From Dehalococcoidia bacterium (GTDB lineage: Bacteria; Chloroflexota; Dehalococcoidia; UBA2979), in NCBI GenBank assembly GCA_965262725.1, contig OZ253555.1:3296001-3360000 (forward strand): DNA of 64,000 nt, in the 5' to 3' direction. The notes under the pieces are model-generated. The model was not told the origin of the DNA. It made no database searches and saw only the letters and a list, made by a program, of their open reading frames with translations. This document shows positions 59,928-64,000 of this stretch, in pieces; positions within the stretch are counted from its first letter, which is position 1, and each line of letters opens with the position of its first letter. The position numbers and the translations under genes were made by a program.

Positions 59928-61858
59928 GCGCCGTACTGTCCAGTGTTCTTCAAGTGCCATTGGCATCCGCTCAGAGGATCAACATTCTCTTCACCTGACA
60001 GGGAATTATGCGCCTGGGCCAGTGTCAAGCACTTCGTCACCCCGGCTGCATAGATGTCGTCCGGACCCGATTCGATGATATATGCGGCGCCCGTGCTGCC
60101 TGACGGCGCTGAGACTCGGATGATATACGTGCCAGCATCGAGCCAGTCTCGAACAAAGCCGGCCATATTGGGAAAGGCCAACAGGTGGTGATCTCTATTG
60201 GCGGTGAACAGGTCGAGTTGCGTATCACCTTCGAATACCTTGATCTCCAGCGGCTTGTCCTCTTCGAAGGCAGTGGCCAGGATAACGACATGGCGCCTGG
60301 AATCTAGCGTCAGTTGGAAAAAGTCCTGATCCGTCGCCGATGAGATGCGGCCGGTCTTGATCGTACGCAAGGGCAGCGCCGTCGCCGTCGCGGCTGTGCT
60401 GCCTGGCTCGGTGACCGTGCGCAGATGGACGCGGAACGTGACTTGGCCACTCGTGTCTGGATGAGCCACGCGAATGAAATAGGTGCCCGCGTCCAGTGAC
60501 CGTCTGAACATGAAGTCCGCGTGCATGGTTATAAAGAGGTAGGAGTTGTCGTTCTCGTCGAGTAGGACATCTTCGGGCGTCAGCAGCTCGGCTCGCAAGT
60601 CGAGCCACACATGACTTGAATCGGAGGAGTGGATCCACACTTCCGTTGGGTCGTCCAGGGTGAAGGTGAACAGGATCGGGCTTTGAACTGCGCCGTTCGA
60701 GCGGTGGAACGTGCCTTCAGCATAGGAGTCAAGCTCGATCACGGTGGCGTCGTTGGGGTCGAGGGCGGTACGGCTCTGGCTGGCGACCCGGGTTTCGGCC
60801 TGCAGCAGGTAGGAACCGGTCCCGCCGAGCGCGTGGCTGACGGTCAGGTAATAGGCGCCCGCCTCGACCGTGGCGTCGAGCGAGAACTGCCGGGGGGCGT
60901 TGAGCAGCGAGCCGCTCGAGGACACGAGCACGTCGCCCTCGGATGTGCTCAGCGAGCCCTGGATGTTGGCCGACCCGCTGCCGGTCACGCTGAGCAGCGC
61001 CGCGCGCGGCGTCTCGATCACGAAGACATCCTGATCGCCGGCCCGGTTGATGCGTCCGGGCACGGATGATCCCAGCGCCAGCGGTGTGGCCTCGCCGCGC
61101 GTATCGCCATGGTCGGTGGTCACGGCGATGCGCGTCGCCGACCAGGGACCCGCGCCGGTCGCGTTGACCGCGCGCGCCTGGATGTCATAGCTGACGCCGT
61201 CCGTCAGCCCCGTGAGCACCGTCCCCAGCTGCGCCCCGGCGGCCAGGCCGCGCTGCAGCGTCCAGCGTTCGTCGGACCGCTCGGAGGCCCCGCTCTCGAT
61301 ATAGCGCAGCTCGTACGAGCTGATCGGCGAGCCGCCGTCCGCCGGCGCGCTCCAGCTGATCGTCAGTGTGGTCGCCGCGGCAGACGCATCCGCAACGGTT
61401 GGCGAGCCCAGCGCGGTCTGCGAGCCGACCGTCACGGCCACGGTAGGCTCCGCGCTCACGGTGAGACTGGCTTCGGACCAGGGGCCGCTCCAGCCGGCGT
61501 AGCGGGCCCTGACCCGTACCTTGTACTCCACCCCAGGCACGAGACCGCTGATGCTCACCCTGGTGACCGTGCCCTGCGGGTAGAGATGGCCTTCATCGAC
61601 CTTGTAAGAGCGGAACTCCTCGTCCGACCGGGCCCAGTCCACCCGGTAGTCGGTGGGCGCCGGACTGGGCATGTCCCAGGCAACCGCGAGCTCGCCCGGC
61701 ACATCGTTGGACAGTCCGAAACCGCTGATCGCGCCGCTTGCCTCCTGCGCGTGGGATACGGCGCACGCCGCTACAGTCAGCGCAATGCTGGCGATGAGGG
61801 AAGTGAAGGCGCAGGCGAGGAACAATGCACCGGCTCTGGCCATATCGAGCCGCTCCAT
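59928..61858 (-). pseudogene. Giant surface protein, N-terminal part: signal peptide, FN3 and pre-peptidase (PPC)-like domains
   Basis: Hydrophobic leader ending VSHA-QE, FN3 (YKVRVRA, YDIQARA), DQDVF/DQDFF and AGTYFIRV motifs. Ends QWHLKNTGQYGA at the IS256 junction. Confidence 0.8.
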
Positions 61859-61963
61859 CCACGCAAGGCGCACCGCTGTCCCGCCTGTTCGACTTCATGG
61901 GCTGCCGTGAAAGGAATTCTAGCGAGAGGTTGTGTAATCAGAGATCAACGGGAGACAGCTAAA

Positions 61964-63601
61964 CCCGGATCCACCGGTGACCGGTGTTGAGCGTGCGGAG
62001 GAGCGCGAAGCGGCCGTCGTGTGAGGTGCGGGAGCCGTTTGTGACTCCCGGAGGAGTGCTCGGCGCTGTCCGGGGCGTGTGATCAGCAGGGGAGACCGGC
62101 GCGGAGGCGATTGCGGACAGGCTGGCGCGCGGCGCTGGTCCGCGAGCGGCGAGGGGGAGCGGCGTCAGGTCGGGAGCGGGAGCGCGCGCAGCCGTGCGAG
62201 GGCATCGGTGAAGTGACCGGCCCATGGCCAGCGCGCCGGCAGATGGAGCGTGAACCGACGAGCAGAGCGGGTCAGCCGCCCGACGAGAGCGAAGAGCCGC
62301 CGCCGGAGCGTCCGGGTGGTGACGATGCGCTCGCCGAGCCCGAGCCGCGCCGTCCAGCGAGCGAGATTGTGGGCGATCACCTGGACCGCGAGCCAGGCGC
62401 CGTTGGCGGCGAAGCGGCCGGACGGCAGGTGATTGAGCCCCACGCCGTACTTCAGGTCGCGGATCGCGTTCTCGACCTCGGCGTGGCGGCGATGGTCGGC
62501 CTCCAGTTCGAGCGTCTCTCCGTCGCGGTCGGTGATGAAGGCGTGGTAGCTATACGTCGCGAAGAGAGCGAGCTGCGAACCAGGCGTCGGCCGCACGCGC
62601 CGGACGATGAGCCGCACCGGGACGGCGTCCGGCGCGTGTGCGAACGGCGTGTAGGTCGTCTCTGAGACATCGGCGCCGCCCTCCAGCCAGTACGGGATCG
62701 GCGTCCACTCCTGTTCGGGAATCGCCTCGATGAGCTTCCGCAGCTTCGGATGCTGGCGGATCGTGACCGAGAAGCGGACATCCATCTCGCGGCAGGCAGC
62801 GACCACCGCGCGGGAGTAGAAGCCGCTGTCGGCGCGCACCGTGAGTTGCCCGTTCGCTCCGGCATCGCGGACTCGACCCACCGTCTCCTGTAGGAAGTGG
62901 GCGGCGCCCCGGTCGCTGTACGCACGACCCCCGCGCAGCCGGGCCATTAGCACGTCACCCGTCCCGGCCGCCACCGCGAGCAGCGGGTGATAGCCGCGCG
63001 CACCGGTGTAGCCGGGGCGCTGCGCCCCCTCCTTGGCGAAGCCGTAGGTCTCGCACACCGTCGAATCGAGGTCGATGGTGAATGGCGCCTCGCCGGGTCC
63101 GGCCCCGGCGGCCCAGGCGCGGGCAAGCAGCGCGCGACTGACGCGGTCGAGCTGGCGGACGTGGCCCCAGCGGAAACTGCGTAGGAAGGTGCCGAGCGTG
63201 GATGGCGCCTTGACGGTGCATCCGAGAACGCGCTCTGTGCCGCCGGCGCGCAACGCATCGGCATCGTCGATGCAGTCGCCGCCCGCTAGCACGGAGGCGA
63301 CGAGTGTCGCGACCTTGTCTCCCGCGTTCGCCCTGCCCTGTGCGTCGCCGAGGTCGAGATGACGGTCGACCAGCTCCCGCAGGCCGAGACGTTCGGCGAG
63401 CGTGGCCGGCAGGAGCAGACCCGCGTGGGCCACCAGGCGGTCGTCGTCGAAGGCGATCGAGAGCCGGGCGGGGCTGCTCGGTGATAGCATCGAATGGGTG
63501 CTCCCTGTTTCCGGTGGATCGTTCGCTTCACGACCATTCTCCCAGATTCAGAGGAGCACCCAATTCCCTCTCTTCGCGACTGCATCCACGCTCTCCTTCG
63601 G
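61964..63601 (-). mobile_element. IS1380-family element (copy 3, divergent isoform), left terminal repeat split by a group II intron
   Basis: Right end CCCGGATCCACCG at 61964. Upstream end CTCTCCTTCGG (to 63601) resembles the inner part of the copy-2 left end and is followed directly by intron sequence. Confidence 0.88.
62165..63490 (-). CDS. IS1380-family DDE transposase
   Basis: 441 aa, colinear with the 6795-8120 protein but with many substitutions. Confidence 0.93.
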   Translation of the reverse strand: MLSPSSPARLSIAFDDDRLVAHAGLLLPATLAERLGLRELVDRHLDLGDAQGRANAGDKVATLVASVLAGGDCIDDADALRAGGTERVLGCTVKAPSTLGTFLRSFRWGHVRQLDRVSRALLARAWAAGAGPGEAPFTIDLDSTVCETYGFAKEGAQRPGYTGARGYHPLLAVAAGTGDVLMARLRGGRAYSDRGAAHFLQETVGRVRDAGANGQLTVRADSGFYSRAVVAACREMDVRFSVTIRQHPKLRKLIEAIPEQEWTPIPYWLEGGADVSETTYTPFAHAPDAVPVRLIVRRVRPTPGSQLALFATYSYHAFITDRDGETLELEADHRRHAEVENAIRDLKYGVGLNHLPSGRFAANGAWLAVQVIAHNLARWTARLGLGERIVTTRTLRRRLFALVGRLTRSARRFTLHLPARWPWAGHFTDALARLRALPLPT

Positions 63602-64000
63602 TTCGCGGTAGGGATGCCGGTTGCCCGGCACCCCCCGCACAGATCCGGACGTGCCCTCTCGGGCATCCGGCTCCTACCTCAAGTGCGTGACGGCAAATCG
63701 CTCCGCAGGCCACGGGTGAAGGATGGAGATTCGGGGCCAGTGTCCCTGGCACAGGGCAAGGATGCGCTCCCACGTGAAACGGTCGCGCTGCGACCGCCGT
63801 CGGAGAACGCGCAGCCAGAGCCGCTTCACGAAACGGACAAACCGCGTGAGCGCCGGCGAGCTGGTCGGCACCGCGTAGTAGCCAAGCCACCCACGCAGTA
63901 CCCGCCCCAGCCACTGCCCCGTCGTCACGGGGTTGTCGTGCATGCGCCGCCACAACTCGGCCTTGATGACCTTCAGCGTCCGGCGCATCCGCTTCGCAAC
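63602..64000 (-). mobile_element. Group II intron copy 2 (3' end: RT C-terminus, domains V-VI; truncated by window edge)
   Basis: Matches ~8333-8730 with no difference seen by eye; ORF 63674-63988 equals the C-terminus of the 8405-9733 protein. Confidence 0.92.

Overview
High-GC bacterial DNA. The gene content (several LLM/F420-type oxidoreductases, family III CoA-transferases, amidohydrolases, orphan family-5 solute-binding proteins, a giant FN3/cadherin surface protein) resembles Chloroflexota (Dehalococcoidia/SAR202-like) genomes, but that assignment is inference only. Bases ~250-48,220 are mostly catabolic and housekeeping genes (purE, purK, sthA, a molybdo-hydroxylase pair and others). 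After tRNA-Leu(CAA) at 48297-48384 lies an island-like region with IS21, IS256, IS1380, a group II intron and a broken ~2,600-codon surface-protein gene. The most striking structure is a three-level nest of mobile elements at 6684-11813, readable to the base. (1) An IS1380 with a CTTAA target duplication. (2) Its right terminal inverted repeat is split by an endonuclease-less group II intron whose EBS1 (UGGAUU) is complementary to that repeat. (3) The intron's domain III is split by an IS110/IS1111 element whose 3' non-coding end carries guide-like copies of its target and donor junctions. A second intron copy sits at the same position of the left terminal repeat of a divergent IS1380 (63602 onward), and empty alleles of the site are in the window. 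Other highlights: a UGA-readthrough selenoprotein candidate with a SECIS-like hairpin; a second IS110 with a readable bridge-RNA-like leader; a kexin-like S8 domain with substituted catalytic residues; and a collapsed remnant paralogue of the surface-protein gene. No CRISPR array or rRNA was seen. All product calls come from motif recognition by eye, not from database searches.
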